From Amoebophrya sp. A120 (taxonomy: Eukaryota; Protista; Dinoflagellata): DNA of 64,000 nucleotides. Made by a program: the position numbers and the translations under genes. Positions 13,171 to 24,700 of the stretch are shown in pieces. The number at the start of each line of letters is the position of its first letter. Position 1 is the first letter of the stretch. The notes beneath the pieces were generated by a model. The model was not told the origin of the DNA. It was given only the letters and a program-made list of their open reading frames with translations, and did no database searches. The stretch is taken from positions 1,201,982 to 1,265,981 of the forward strand of contig CAJINV010000011.1 in NCBI GenBank assembly GCA_905178155.1. The letters are read 5' to 3'.

Positions 13171-13932
13171 TACAATTTCTACAAGATGGTGTACAGCCTC
13201 CGTGGTACCGTGATTCGGTACAGCTCTTTATCCCTGATGGTCATTGCCACTGCCATGTCCGTCTCTTTCTGCGTCAACGAAGGCGAGCGAAGCGGGCGCA
13301 ACGCGGGCTTTCTAACCACTCTCGGGTACGCTCTACGTATATCTCTGCCTGCGCTTCTCTTTCTCACCGGCATCGTTGGAATTGTCATTACCGAATCCTA
13401 CAAATCGAGAGAGGAGGTTTTGAGAGTGTACTACTTCATCTTCCTGGGCATGATTCTTTCCACCTTTGCCTTCCTTTTGTGGGGGATGATTTCCCTCCAG
13501 GAATTGCTCAAAGAAGGGGGATCGAACGCCACGGTCGCGTCGAACCATTTGAGCAACGCCGGGTGGCCGTCCATGCACTGGTCGCAGCAGATGTACTTCA
13601 TCGAACAATGGATCGTCGTGTGGCCAATTGGGATTTTGCTTCTAATCGATTTATGGATCATTATCACCCGCACGTACACGGATGTCCAGGCGGTCCGGCA
13701 GTACGCGATAGAAAACGTGGAGTCGCTCTACTCCCACTACGACGAAACCTTTCCGCGGGCGTCGCAAGTAAAGCACTACGATGCGATGGCGCTGCCAGGA
13801 CAGCGGGCCTCCGCGGGTGAGACGAGGCTCAAATCTGAGAAAAGGCCTTCGAGAAACAGTGTGCTTTCACGGAATTTTGCTGCAGATGAAGAGTTGTACG
13901 GATTTGCAAGGCCACCCTCGAAGAGTAGCTAA
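13171..13932 (+). CDS. Multi-pass membrane protein (about 4 TM segments); probably has upstream exons in 12350-12720 that I could not resolve
   Basis: Hydrophobic stretches in ORF 13150-13932 and an acceptor-like TTTTATCCGCAG ending at 13170. Confidence 0.55.
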   Translation, partial: YNFYKMVYSLRGTVIRYSSLSLMVIATAMSVSFCVNEGERSGRNAGFLTTLGYALRISLPALLFLTGIVGIVITESYKSREEVLRVYYFIFLGMILSTFAFLLWGMISLQELLKEGGSNATVASNHLSNAGWPSMHWSQQMYFIEQWIVVWPIGILLLIDLWIIITRTYTDVQAVRQYAIENVESLYSHYDETFPRASQVKHYDAMALPGQRASAGETRLKSEKRPSRNSVLSRNFAADEELYGFARPPSKSS

Positions 13933-15037
13933 AAAACAGTCTGGGAACCATCATGATTCTGCTGTCTACTCACCTCCTGGAGGGGTGTGATGTCTTACTC
14001 TAGTTAGAGGGCATCTAGTCAGTTTCTAAATTTAAAGATCACCGCGCGCGCGGATTTTTACTCATGTATTTACAGTATACCTGATCCTGATGTATATGCG
14101 GTTTTTCTTTTTAAAAAAGTTTTCTTTCGTCGATGTGAAGGATCCACAAGTGGATTCGAATCGCTGGTACTCGACATTCCAAGTCGAACGCACGAGGACA
14201 ATATTCCGATGAACGCCCAAAGAACTCATGGGTTTGAGCGAGACAATTACTGTGCTAGTTTGCCTCACCGAGAAGTCAAAATGAAAACTAGAGTGAATGA
14301 TGCGCTTTGGGTGGCACTTCACCACTGGGGGGGGATTGTCGCGACGGCCGTGTTCGTTCTTCCAGATCTATAAGAACTACTACACGCTGGTGTCATCGGT
14401 CGATCTACCCAGTTGGAGATCTTTAAAACAGCAATCTCTGAACAAAGTGCAGTGCCTATTCAGGAAGTTCACGATCCCTTGACGACACTTGGCCGAGCAG
14501 TGTGTGATCCGCAAATCTAAATCTTCGTCTAGACATTGGTCGATGTGTCTCTTCTTCATCTAGAAATCGGCTCACCTTGATTTCGCGCCCGCAGAGAAAG
14601 AGAAAAACAATGAGGCCGAGGTGGAGTTGCTCATCAGACAAGAGCAAACTGATCCTAAAGAAGAAGATAGATCACTGAAAAGCATGATAGATCCACATCG
14701 ATTCCACTTGCCAAAGGATTGAAATTGATGGTTGTAAGATCGAAAAAATCCGTCTCCTGTATGTCATGCCATAAGCGTTCTGAAAAGGTGCACGCAAGAT
14801 CAACGGACGAAAGAATGTTTACAAGATTCTGATACTAGGATTCCTCTTGCTTCAACGATCGCAAAATTTAAAGATCGCCTTAAAATACGCCAGTAATAAT
14901 GGCAGAAGACATATCATCACCGGCTACAAAATCTAAAACCCCCTTCCATCTTTTTTCCAACCCACACGAAAACCTCACAGGGAAACGAGTTTCAAGTAGA
15001 TTCTGTCTGCTCCTTCTCAAAAAAACACACACACAAG

Positions 15038-16354
15038 ATGCCGAAGATCAACGTGTCTTACCCTCAGATGTCTTTGCAAAAGACGTTTGAGATCGAGGAC
15101 GAGCACAAGATGATGCCATTCTGGGAGAAGCGCATGGGTGCTGAAATCGCGGCCGACTCCCTCGGTGACCAGTTCAAGGGCTACGTTGTCAAGATCACGG
15201 GAGGGAATGACAAGCAGGGTTTCCCGATGAAGCAGGGAATCTTGAAGAACGGACGCGTTCGTCTCTTGTTCAAGGACGGTATGTCCTGCTACCGCGTCCG
15301 CCGTGGTGGTATGCGCAAGCGCAAGTCCGTCCGTGGCTGCATCGTCGGACACGACTTGGCCATCTTGAACTTGGTATTGAATTTGATGTTGCACAAGCTT
15401 GTGATACTTTTTTAATTTAGATTTCCTGTTATCGATGCAATGCTGATGCAATCACATGCTGCGCAAGTTTTTGGTGTTTTCCAAAATCCTATAACATCAA
15501 TCTTCAAAAACAGGTCATCGTCAAGAAGGGTGCTGAGGAAATCGAGGGTCTGACTGACGCCACCCCGGCCAAGCGTTTGGGACCCAAGCGTGCCACCAAG
15601 ATCCGCAAGATGTACTTTTTTTTTCCGGGATTTAGAAGTGCCAGTCTTCGCGTTATTTCGCATTCTTTCAGAATTCAGAATATCTATGCCTGATTTTGAT
15701 GTATGTTGTGTGTCCTCCCCTAGCGCTGACAGTCGTGATTTTGTAGAGCTGAAGAACTCCTCATCAATCTAAATTCTTTACACAATCCACAGGTTCGGCT
15801 TGGAAAAGGAGGATGATGTCAAGAAGTTCGTCGTCCGCCGTGCCGTTAAGGAGGATGGCAAGCGCACCAAGGCCCCGAAGATCCAGCGCCTGGTCACCCC
15901 GCAGCGCCTCCAGCGCAAGCGCCGCGTCCGCAAGGCCATTGTCAAGAAGGTATAGTGGAATTTTTGTATTTAGTTTCACGTTTACTTCCCTTCGTGAGCT
16001 TGATGGAGACGAGCCCGTCGATATTACGATGATCGCTCGTCCCTCAGTAGTTTTTCTAGCTGAGAGCTGAGCCTGTAAAGGATGGAGAGTTGTAGAGATT
16101 CGAATGATGTGCGAACAAGTGATGTGTATGTAGTTGTCGTTTTTCCGAGAGTAATATCATGAGAGTTTCTGTGCTTCGCATTTGTGATTCGCATGGTAAA
16201 TGTCAATCTTATGACAAAAATCTAGGTCGTTGAGAACCGTGAGCAGAAGGCGGCTTACCACCAGCGCGTCCACGACTTCCGCGTTGCCGCGAAGGAGAAG
16301 CGCTCCGCTATGTTGGCCAAGAAGAAGAAGGGAAAGGTCGCCAAGAAGGCGTAA
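15038..16354 (+). CDS. RPS6: 40S ribosomal protein S6 (eS6); exons 15038-15373, 15514-15611, 15793-15949, 16226-16354
   Basis: [39 protein letters not shown] and [12 protein letters not shown] motifs; three GT-AG introns in frame. Confidence 0.97.
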
Positions 16355-17175
16355 GTATGCTGCTGTCGACATACGCAAAATATGAGCATATTGTAGCTTC
16401 CTTTTGACTCGGTCGTTCTCATGTTCGGAAGTCAAGAGCATGAATATGAACAAGGACGACCCATTCGATGAGCATCTGGACGAACTTACACGTTGTGTTT
16501 GTTGAGAAGAGCGAAGCAGAATCAAAAGACACGCACGAAGCGCCACAGGAGGCAAAGCTGTGCCTTTCTCCTCGTCCTCGCATGTTGGAGACAAGTACTC
16601 GTCAAACAAGTACTCTGTTGAGTGTTCAGGTTGTGCAGCTGTAGATCTGGTTGCGATTCGAGAGAGCATTCCGTCTTGTTATACGTCCATCGAATTCTGA
16701 CTTTCTATACACGAATGACGTTGCATTTCGCACGGGCTCGTCGGATCTTCGCCAGGAGATCGATGCTTTCAATCGACGTCCAAGAATGATCACTGATTAC
16801 CGCGGTCATCTTCTCGTCTCCTGCTGTTGTGTCAACATGCCAATGAAGCTCGAGGTCGGACTCGGACCGCCGCGTTCGTTAGAAGAAAGGCCTTTAGTAT
16901 TGTCAGAAGGGCATTCGAGTAGTTACGATAATGTCCCGTTGAAACATCAAGACCGTGAAATTATTGCCCGTATAGGTGCCTTAAGACAGACCATTTTTTC
17001 CACATCTCACGCCTCTGTGCTCCGGCACCCGAACAGATTTGGGAGTTCATTTGTCCAGTGCTTCACGTCTCTTGGCACCACTGATTGTATTAATCGACGC
17101 GACGCATGCACAGACTTTCGCTTGCTGCGTGTCTCCCCCCGGCGGATCCGCGATTGGCGCAGCGCAAGTTGCTAG

Positions 17176-20100
17176 ATGCAGGAGGCATCCTCGTCGTCTA
17201 CCGCTGCGGAGGAGCAGCTGCTTTTGCTTCCACCGTCGGAATCAACGGGCTCAGTAACTACTGAAAAGAGCGAGGAGTGTGACGGGACGACGACGAGTGT
17301 GAATTCCTCAGAACATCAAGCGTGTGAAGAGTCTGTGGAAGAACGCAAGGCAGCGAAATCGGCTACTAGTAGTAGTAGTACGAGTAGGTCGAGCAGTACA
17401 ACTGCCACTGGGGCTCTCTCTTCATCTTCCGCTACTAGCAATACAACATCTTACGGAAGTTTCGCGCGACGGCCTAGTACACGGGCCGCGTCAGGCAGCG
17501 GGAAATCTTCAAGTAGACCGCGTCGTGAGCCCTTCAAAATAGTGCTGGATCAGTCTCTGTATCTTCCAAGGCACGGCCCTCGTTCGGGAGCAGACTCATC
17601 ACGCGACGCCAGGAGAGCTTCATCAGCGCAAATACACATACCAGAAACAACGCCAAAAGAGCAGGACCGGCATCCGGACCAACATATTCCAGGAGATAAA
17701 AGCACGTTTCCCAAAGTCCGCATCAGCACGGCTTCGTCGCCGGTCTCGTCGACCTCACCCGGAGACGCGACGAGACATAATCTTTCGAGTCGGAAAAAGT
17801 CCTCTTCGCTCCGCTTTCAACCACGGTCTAGGGGATTCACGGCCGAAACGGTGACGTCTGAAGAAGAGCAGGCCGGGAATTCCGGACGCCGGGAGGCTGT
17901 TCCGGGGTCGAACTCACGGCACGACCATCCGGAGCCCGACCTCATTGGGGCGAGCAAAAGTTTTGAGCGGGTGGGGGGAGACACCGGGGTTTTATCTGCA
18001 GTCAAGGAAGAAGTCGTGGTAGCTACGAGGTCGGTGAAATCAACACTGCACAGCTACACGGGCGGCGAACAAAACTCTAGAACCGTTGGCCAAGAACTTC
18101 CTGCGAGCTACCCATCTGCTTCCGTCATCATGTTCGACGCACAGGCGCAGCCGGGGATTCTCACCTCCGATATGGCCTCGTCAACACCGAATATGGTGAA
18201 TCAAGGACCGCTCCTTGTCGCCATACTGAGTGTGTTCATTTTTTGCTTCAACAGCGAGCTACTCCAGGACCTGTCGAGTGAGGTGTCACCCCTCTGCAAT
18301 CTTTGTTGCGCACACATGAGCGGATTGTTGTTTTTCCCGTGGACGAAATGGGCATCGAAATGGAGGAACCGGAATATGCGTTGGCAAAGACCTGGCGGTG
18401 GTGACCACGAGGACACAGCGGGTAGTTCTCCCGTTCCCATTCCGTCACCCGGTGGAGCAGGGCCCGCCCCTTCTCAGGCCGGTGATTCGCAGCAGCAGCG
18501 CCCAGGTGCTGGTGTTGGTTTGCAAGTATCACCAGAACGGGCGACGCATTTGGAGGCTGCTGGGTTACCAAAGCTTCGCGCCGGCGGTTCATCTGGACAG
18601 CACAGCGCGAACAACAAATCGCTGCAAAATAATCATGCTGGAGAACAAGGACATCAGCAGAATCAGCAATATCTTGACTCGCTCTACTCGGATCAGGAGG
18701 AAGAGTCGTCGGTTTCACCGGGCGATTTGTCCCCATCGAGGAAGCGGGGCGATGTGTTCTCAAAATCGGATGTTAAGTTTTGGCAGAAGGCGGCGTTTTT
18801 CTCCATTCTGATCATGAGCTACAACTGGTGCTTTTTGAAAGCGATGGACACGCTGCTCGTGAACACTATGTATGGATCTGTTAGGATTGAAATTGACAAA
18901 GTCGAAAGATTTGTGATGCACAAAATCGATGCCAGTTGGAGCCTCAGTTTCCAAGTGGTGCATGACAAATTTCGGCAGCACCAAGATCCAGTCTGTCATG
19001 CTGTTTGAGCAAAGAACGCTGCTCCTGTTATGCTACTCTGGCAGCACAAGCACATCGCCTTCGCCTAAACAGGCTTGCAATCGGTCTCATATGCCTCCTC
19101 CCCAACGCAGGCCATGCGTGCCCTACATTTTATGCATTACAAATTTTTCGATTTCGTCGATTTCGATCCTGGCACTCCCATAAACACGGTCACGGCTCTC
19201 TACCAGGTGAACGTCGCACTGTGCGGCATTTTATGCATTGCAAAAGTATCGTACTCGTAGTAATTGGAGTCATGCATTACAAATTGCCTTCCCAAGGTAA
19301 AACAGCATGACAAATTTGATTTCTCATGCTGAGCAAATTTGCCATGCGATTTATACTAGTACGATACTTTCGCAAGGCATACATTTTCGAGTACACCCGC
19401 GGACAGGGGTGTACGACGTTCAAGATCAGCGGCACGGTGTTGTGTATGCTAGGTGCAGCGATCGTAGCCTTGTTTTCGCCCACGCGCGGCACCCCCGGCG
19501 ACGATCCGGACGAGGGACCGCGCGGCCACGTCGCGGCCGCCCTGGTGGGATCCTCGTCCGGCACGGGCGTTGCTGCGCACTTCGGGCCGACGGCGGCGGG
19601 CATTGGGTTTAGCATAATGGCCGCAGTTATCCTGTGCAAAAGTATCGTACTCGTAGTAATTGCATTTCTGCATTACAAATCTCTTTCTCAAGGACAAGGT
19701 AAATCAGGAGCATTATAAATTCAATTTGTAATGCTGGGGGAATTTGTAGTGCAATTCCAATTTATATATACTAGTGCGATGCTCGTGCATTGCATAGCAG
19801 TCGGGGCGGCTACTTACGCGTGTCTGCTGGTGGAAATGGTCGGGGTGGAAAAGGTGCGACTTTTTCAGAAAACGATGGTGTAGTTCGTGCTGAATTTAGA
19901 AGAACGGATGATTTCTATTTGTTCTCTTTGGTTATATGTATCAGCCTATTCATCTTCCTTTTCCACAGGCCCGCAACCCCGCCGCCTTCTGTGTGAACTT
20001 TGGTTTTGCGATCAGCTTTTGTCATTTGGTTCTCGTCGTGCCCTTTCTCTTCTTTGCCGACTGGATGCACTGGGAAGAGCTGCGACTCCCGCCCAATCTC

Positions 20101-20646
20101 CTCGACGGCCTCCGTTTCGCCCTGAGTTGCGGCATGGCGTTCAGCGTCAATCTGTGCTGGTTCTACGTGCTCTACGCGGGCGAGGACGCGAGTCTGCTGT
20201 CCAACGTGGTCGCACTCTCCATCCCGATCTCGGTCTTTCTGGACGTTTGCTTCCACGCAAAGTACCCCGGCGGCGCGGAGTTGGCCGGGTTGTCGGCGAT
20301 TGTGTGCAGCTTCGGGTTGTTCTTTCTCCACAAGAACGCGCGGGCGCGGCAAAGTTTGTACGACCGGTTGCGCAGTGAAAAATTGAAAAGCGAGGACGTG
20401 TTTGTGGGACCACAGACTTCTGGGTTGGTCGTTCCAGCTGCAGCTTCGAGGTCACCTGCTCCTGCCACCACTGCCGTGGCCGGCGCGTCTTCGAGTAGTA
20501 GCAGTAGTGCTGTTGCAGCACAGAAGCAGAGCAGCTCACAGAATAATTATCGATACTTCGAATCACCACCGGCGGCGGGCGGGAAGAAAGCGACGGCTAG
20601 TGTATCTGGCGCGGGGGATTACGCCAATGAGAATGATTGGATCTAA
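17176..20646 (+). CDS. DMT/EamA (SLC35F-like) transporter with a long Ser-rich N-terminus; exons approx. 17176-18866, 19188-19231, 19387-19627, 19802-19838, 19969-20646
   Basis: Multiple TM helices. YNWCFLKAMDTLLVNTVTALYQ and LSNVVALSIPISVFLD are DMT-like. The frame is restored by removing three introners and one GT-AG intron. Confidence 0.8.
18867..19182. mobile_element. TIR introner, family A (316 bp), opposite orientation to the 4809 and 59211 copies
   Basis: TATG(TATG)GATCTGTTAGGATTGAAATTGACAAAGTCG...CGATCCTGGCACTCCCATA; TSD AACAC; internal segments are the reverse complement of the 4809 copy. Confidence 0.9.
19232..19381. mobile_element. TIR introner, family B (150 bp)
   Basis: TATGCATTGCAAAAGTATCGTACT...AGTACGATACTTTCGCAAGGCATA; TSD CATTT. 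Removal gives CGIFEY. Confidence 0.92.
19628..19796. mobile_element. TIR introner, family B (169 bp)
   Basis: TATCCTGTGCAAAAGTATCGTACT...AGTGCGATGCTCGTGCATTGCATA; TSD GCAGT. Removal gives AAVGAATY. Confidence 0.88.
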
Positions 20647-21744
20647 AAATACATAGTTTGAGCTTCCTTTTCTTTACTGAAGTAGTACGCTGTAGAAACA
20701 ATTTTGTATATTCAGGACGTTAAAGTCGATATGAAAGTCTCGTCGACACAATAATTGGAGGTTCGATTTGAACTTCCTCATGAAAATTCAACTTCTTTTA
20801 CCGTGCGCACGTGCGCGCTCGTCGTTGATTCAAGAGTGTAAGTAACAAAACAAGCGCGGAGTTGTATTGTAAAGGAATTTTACGAATTTCAGCTCTGAAG
20901 AAGACACTGACGCTAAACCAAAACTAGCGGCGCAGAGAAAATACCGATTAAGGGTAGACCAACGCGGCTGCCAACCTTTATTAACGCTGCTGCATCAAGT
21001 TAGGTGTGCATCTTCTACATACGAATTTTCAGAATCATCGATGTGTAAAATTGCAACGGACCCCTTTGCTTTTGCATTTGCTGCAGATGCCGCAAGAACC
21101 CTTCCCAATTTCTATGACTCGACGAAATCGAAAACCAATCTTAATGTGGAAGAAGCGCAAAGACCGCCCACGACTTCAAAGTTCGCCGTCGCTGTTGCGC
21201 TTCTGTGGACGACCACCGGCAGACATGCGCTCGCACCGTCCGCAACTCCAAGCACCAGTTGTTCGAAAAAAACAACAACAATAAAACCGATACTGATGAT
21301 TCCACAAAAGATGAACGACGATCCCTTTCCGAACACGACACAAGAAGATCTGGAAACGGCTCTTGCTCCTGCTCCTGCTCCAGATCTTCGACCCTCAACA
21401 AGATGAAGCTGCATCACTTCGTGACAAGGAGGAAATATCTTTATCACCGACAGCGACATCAATTTGTCTTAGATGAAGTTGTAGATGAAGCGCACGATGT
21501 TTATTCACTTCAGATGATATTCATGAAATGATGTCAAGCCACTTCTATGATTTTCTTCGGGTTTGGCAGCGGGGTGACTTTCACGTCCCTTCGCTCTAAT
21601 AACCTTAACCATGACCATGTCGTCAATACAAGAGCGGTAGCGTACGCATAGGCGTAGTTTGATTCCAGTTGTGCCGCTGCCGTCGTTTCTTGTAACGACC
21701 GCGCCGCCCAAGCCCAACAAGAACGACGAACCTCCCAAAGCGCG

Positions 21745-24700
21745 ATGGTTCTCACCCGAGCAGAGCGTAGGAAGCGCACATCAGGCGGCGCAGCCAACCC
21801 ACCTCCAAATGTTAGCGCAGGAGTTGTTCTTGCAGCTCCTGGTGCTGTGTCTGGGGGAGTAGTACTTGCTCAGGGTCAACAAGCGTCCGCATCGGCTTCG
21901 TCCAGAGAGCATTCGCAATCGGGGGTTGCGCCCCCGATCAATGGAGTTGGACAGCAGGGTATGCAGAATGGACGGCCACACGGCAGTGCACCGCATCAAC
22001 GAACCGGCGGCGTGGCTTCATCTGCAGCTGGAACAATGGCTTCGCGCGACCCCACTGTGCATGAGGAAAGGCGTGCGGCCGCAGCACTGGGGTCGTCTTC
22101 ACAACAAGTACAGCATCAGCAACGAGTTCTTGCTCCTGCAGCGCCGGCAACCACGTCCTCGGGGATGTTGGCTTCTGCGCAACATTTCTTTCAGGGAAAA
22201 ATGATGCCCCCACAACAAGAACCTGTTCGTAACAAATCGCCTGCCGCAGCTGGTGCGCCCCCCGCAGGGTTCGTACCGTCCGTTGTTCCGGCTGGTTGGG
22301 AGCGTGTCGAGAGCCGAAATAGACCAGGGCACTTCTACTTCCGAAATCTTGCCACTGGCCAGACGCAGATACAGCCGCCGGTCGTCGGAAATAATAACGC
22401 AGCTTTTCCGATGGTGGTTCATCCCGGACGAGGGCCACAGGTGCAAATATTACCGTCGCACCACCAACCCGCAGAAGCTGTTCTGCCGAATAATGTTCCG
22501 CCATCACCGGATTGGGAGAAGAAGGAAAGTCGGTCTAAGCCAGGGGAGTTCTATTTCAAAAACAAGCGTACAGGGGAGAAGCGTTGGACGGCACCAGAGG
22601 GGTTCTTCAAAGAGGTGCAAGATCCGAGAGGACATGATCCGAAAAACGATCACCGGCAAGAACCGCAAGAACAACCACAGCAGGTACTGGTGGGTACGGG
22701 CCCGAGCGCAAGTTCCAGTTCGGGGAAAAATGCGGGTAGGAGCAGCAACAAGCCGCAGAAGCTTTTCCCTTTTCAGGCAGCAGCTGCACCTGTGGCAGCG
22801 TCTTCATCTGTTACGCCCGGGAGCGGCGGTGCTCTCGTCCATCATCAACCTGTGACAGCCCCTTCACCTGATCCGGGCACCCCAGCGCACGGGCTGCAGT
22901 TTGCCTCTTCCACCGACCGCACGCAACAGCTGCAGTACCAGGAGCAGCAGCAGCACAGCGGGAAAAATCAACCCACAGCTCCGCCAGGTATTCTGAAAGG
23001 GCACCAGCACACTCCTGGAGGCGCTGGTGCCGTTTCCGGACCGCCGGTGTCCAGTACTCGCAAACAGCGGAGGGAGGAGCGCAAAGTGGGTTTCAACTTT
23101 GTGCCGGAACAGAGGCAACAAACAGAGGCAGGTGTTCGTGTTGCTGCGCAAACGCGAAGAGAACATGCTGGAAATTCCGGTGCCAGGCACACGAATAGAC
23201 GATCGCTCGGTGGAAATAAACGGCTTTCCCAAGGTGGTGCTCGGGACAACTCGCAGCGAAGTGGACTTTCCTCGCCAGCAGCATTTCTACCTCCTCCAGG
23301 CATGGGTACTAGTATGGCGAGTCATGGCGACGCTCTTGCGCCACACCATCCACCACGAGGACCAATGCCAGTTGTTGCGACCTCGAGTCACATGGGACTT
23401 TCCCCCGCTCCTTCTTTTCCTGTTCACAATTTCGTGCCACCTGGTGGTACTATTCCCTTTATTCCCACTGGAGCCCACCTCCCGGTTCAGCAGCAACAAC
23501 CATTTGTGAAAGGACAAGCACAACGACCACAAGCGCCACCAGGAGCAGCTTTCGTCGGTCCTGACCCCCACGCTATGCTGAAAGCGCGTGTCCTGGTCGC
23601 CAGTCAGCCGTCAGCACCTCAGCAGCGAAAAAGACCCGCAGTGGAGCAAGCGACCGATAATTCCTCAGACGATACTGGTGCTGCAGCTTCTCTCTCCTCC
23701 TCTTCCGAAGAAGATTCTTCTGACGATGAAGACGAACACGACCTGATCAAGCGCAAACGCATGCTCAATGTCGACAAGCTGTGGCCCCAGGAATTCTCCC
23801 TTAAATCCACCCTCAACGGGACCGCCGCGGCACAACAGAAAGCAAAGCAACTTGCGAATGCGGAAGCGAAAAAGGCGGCGGAAGCGGGGTCCGCGTTGCT
23901 GTCTCGGTTCAAAAACGGCCCCCGGCGAACCCGGGAAAAAAGCGAGTGGGCGCACCAGTACGATTTTACGATCCACGACGAGAAACAGCAGATTTCGTCC
24001 GACGAAGATTTTGGTGTTGGGACGAAACGCGATATCAGGGCTGCGAAAAGAAAGATGAAAAACAAAAACCCGCGGGGGAACAATAAGCAAGCAGATAATG
24101 ATAATTTTTATTCAACAACGGATGGCATCAACCCGGCGCGAGGGGGTCCTCGAGGTCGTGGCAACATCATGCAGCTGGGCGGTAGTGGAGCTGCGTCTGG
24201 TGGTGCGCTTGTAGTTCCGCCTGCAGGCGGTCATCCTGCGGCTCCTTCGGGTAGAAGTTCTGTTGGTGTTCATCTTACAACAGCCGGTGGTCAGCAGCCC
24301 CAGCAGGAAATGCTTCGCCGCGGTTCGTTCAAGCCGTCGACATTGTTCTCCAGAGACCCGCACATATCCGCGCAAAGCCGCAGTTTGTTGCTGGAGCATC
24401 TCAAGGGGCAGATTGCTGCGAGAAAGGCAAGAGGAAATGTTGAGAACAAAGGAAAAGGGCGGAATGGCATCGAAAAGGATCAGGATGAAAATAGGAAGAA
24501 AACCCCGAAAATAGTAATGGCCGTCGAAGTTGAGCACCAAGATGCACCGCAAAACATCGCTCACGTCCTGCAGCAAGCCGCTAAGGAAAATCGTATTTAC
24601 CCATCACTTGCGTGTGCGCGGACTGTGGCGTTTTCTACGAGTAGAAACGGCAACCGGACGGGAGACACGACTTCTACTGCGCCGGGCGTTGTAGCCGCGG

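Noticed and set aside
15612-16225. Intronic C/D snoRNAs in RPS6 introns
   Set aside because: Only partial TGATG/CTGA matches, with no convincing terminal stem or guide that I could verify.
16651-17175. ORF abutting the transporter start (possible stop read-through)
   Set aside because: Non-ATG start and no motif; likely UTR or intergenic.
21006-21531. Short overlapping ORFs upstream of the WW gene
   Set aside because: No homology cues or consistent splice path.
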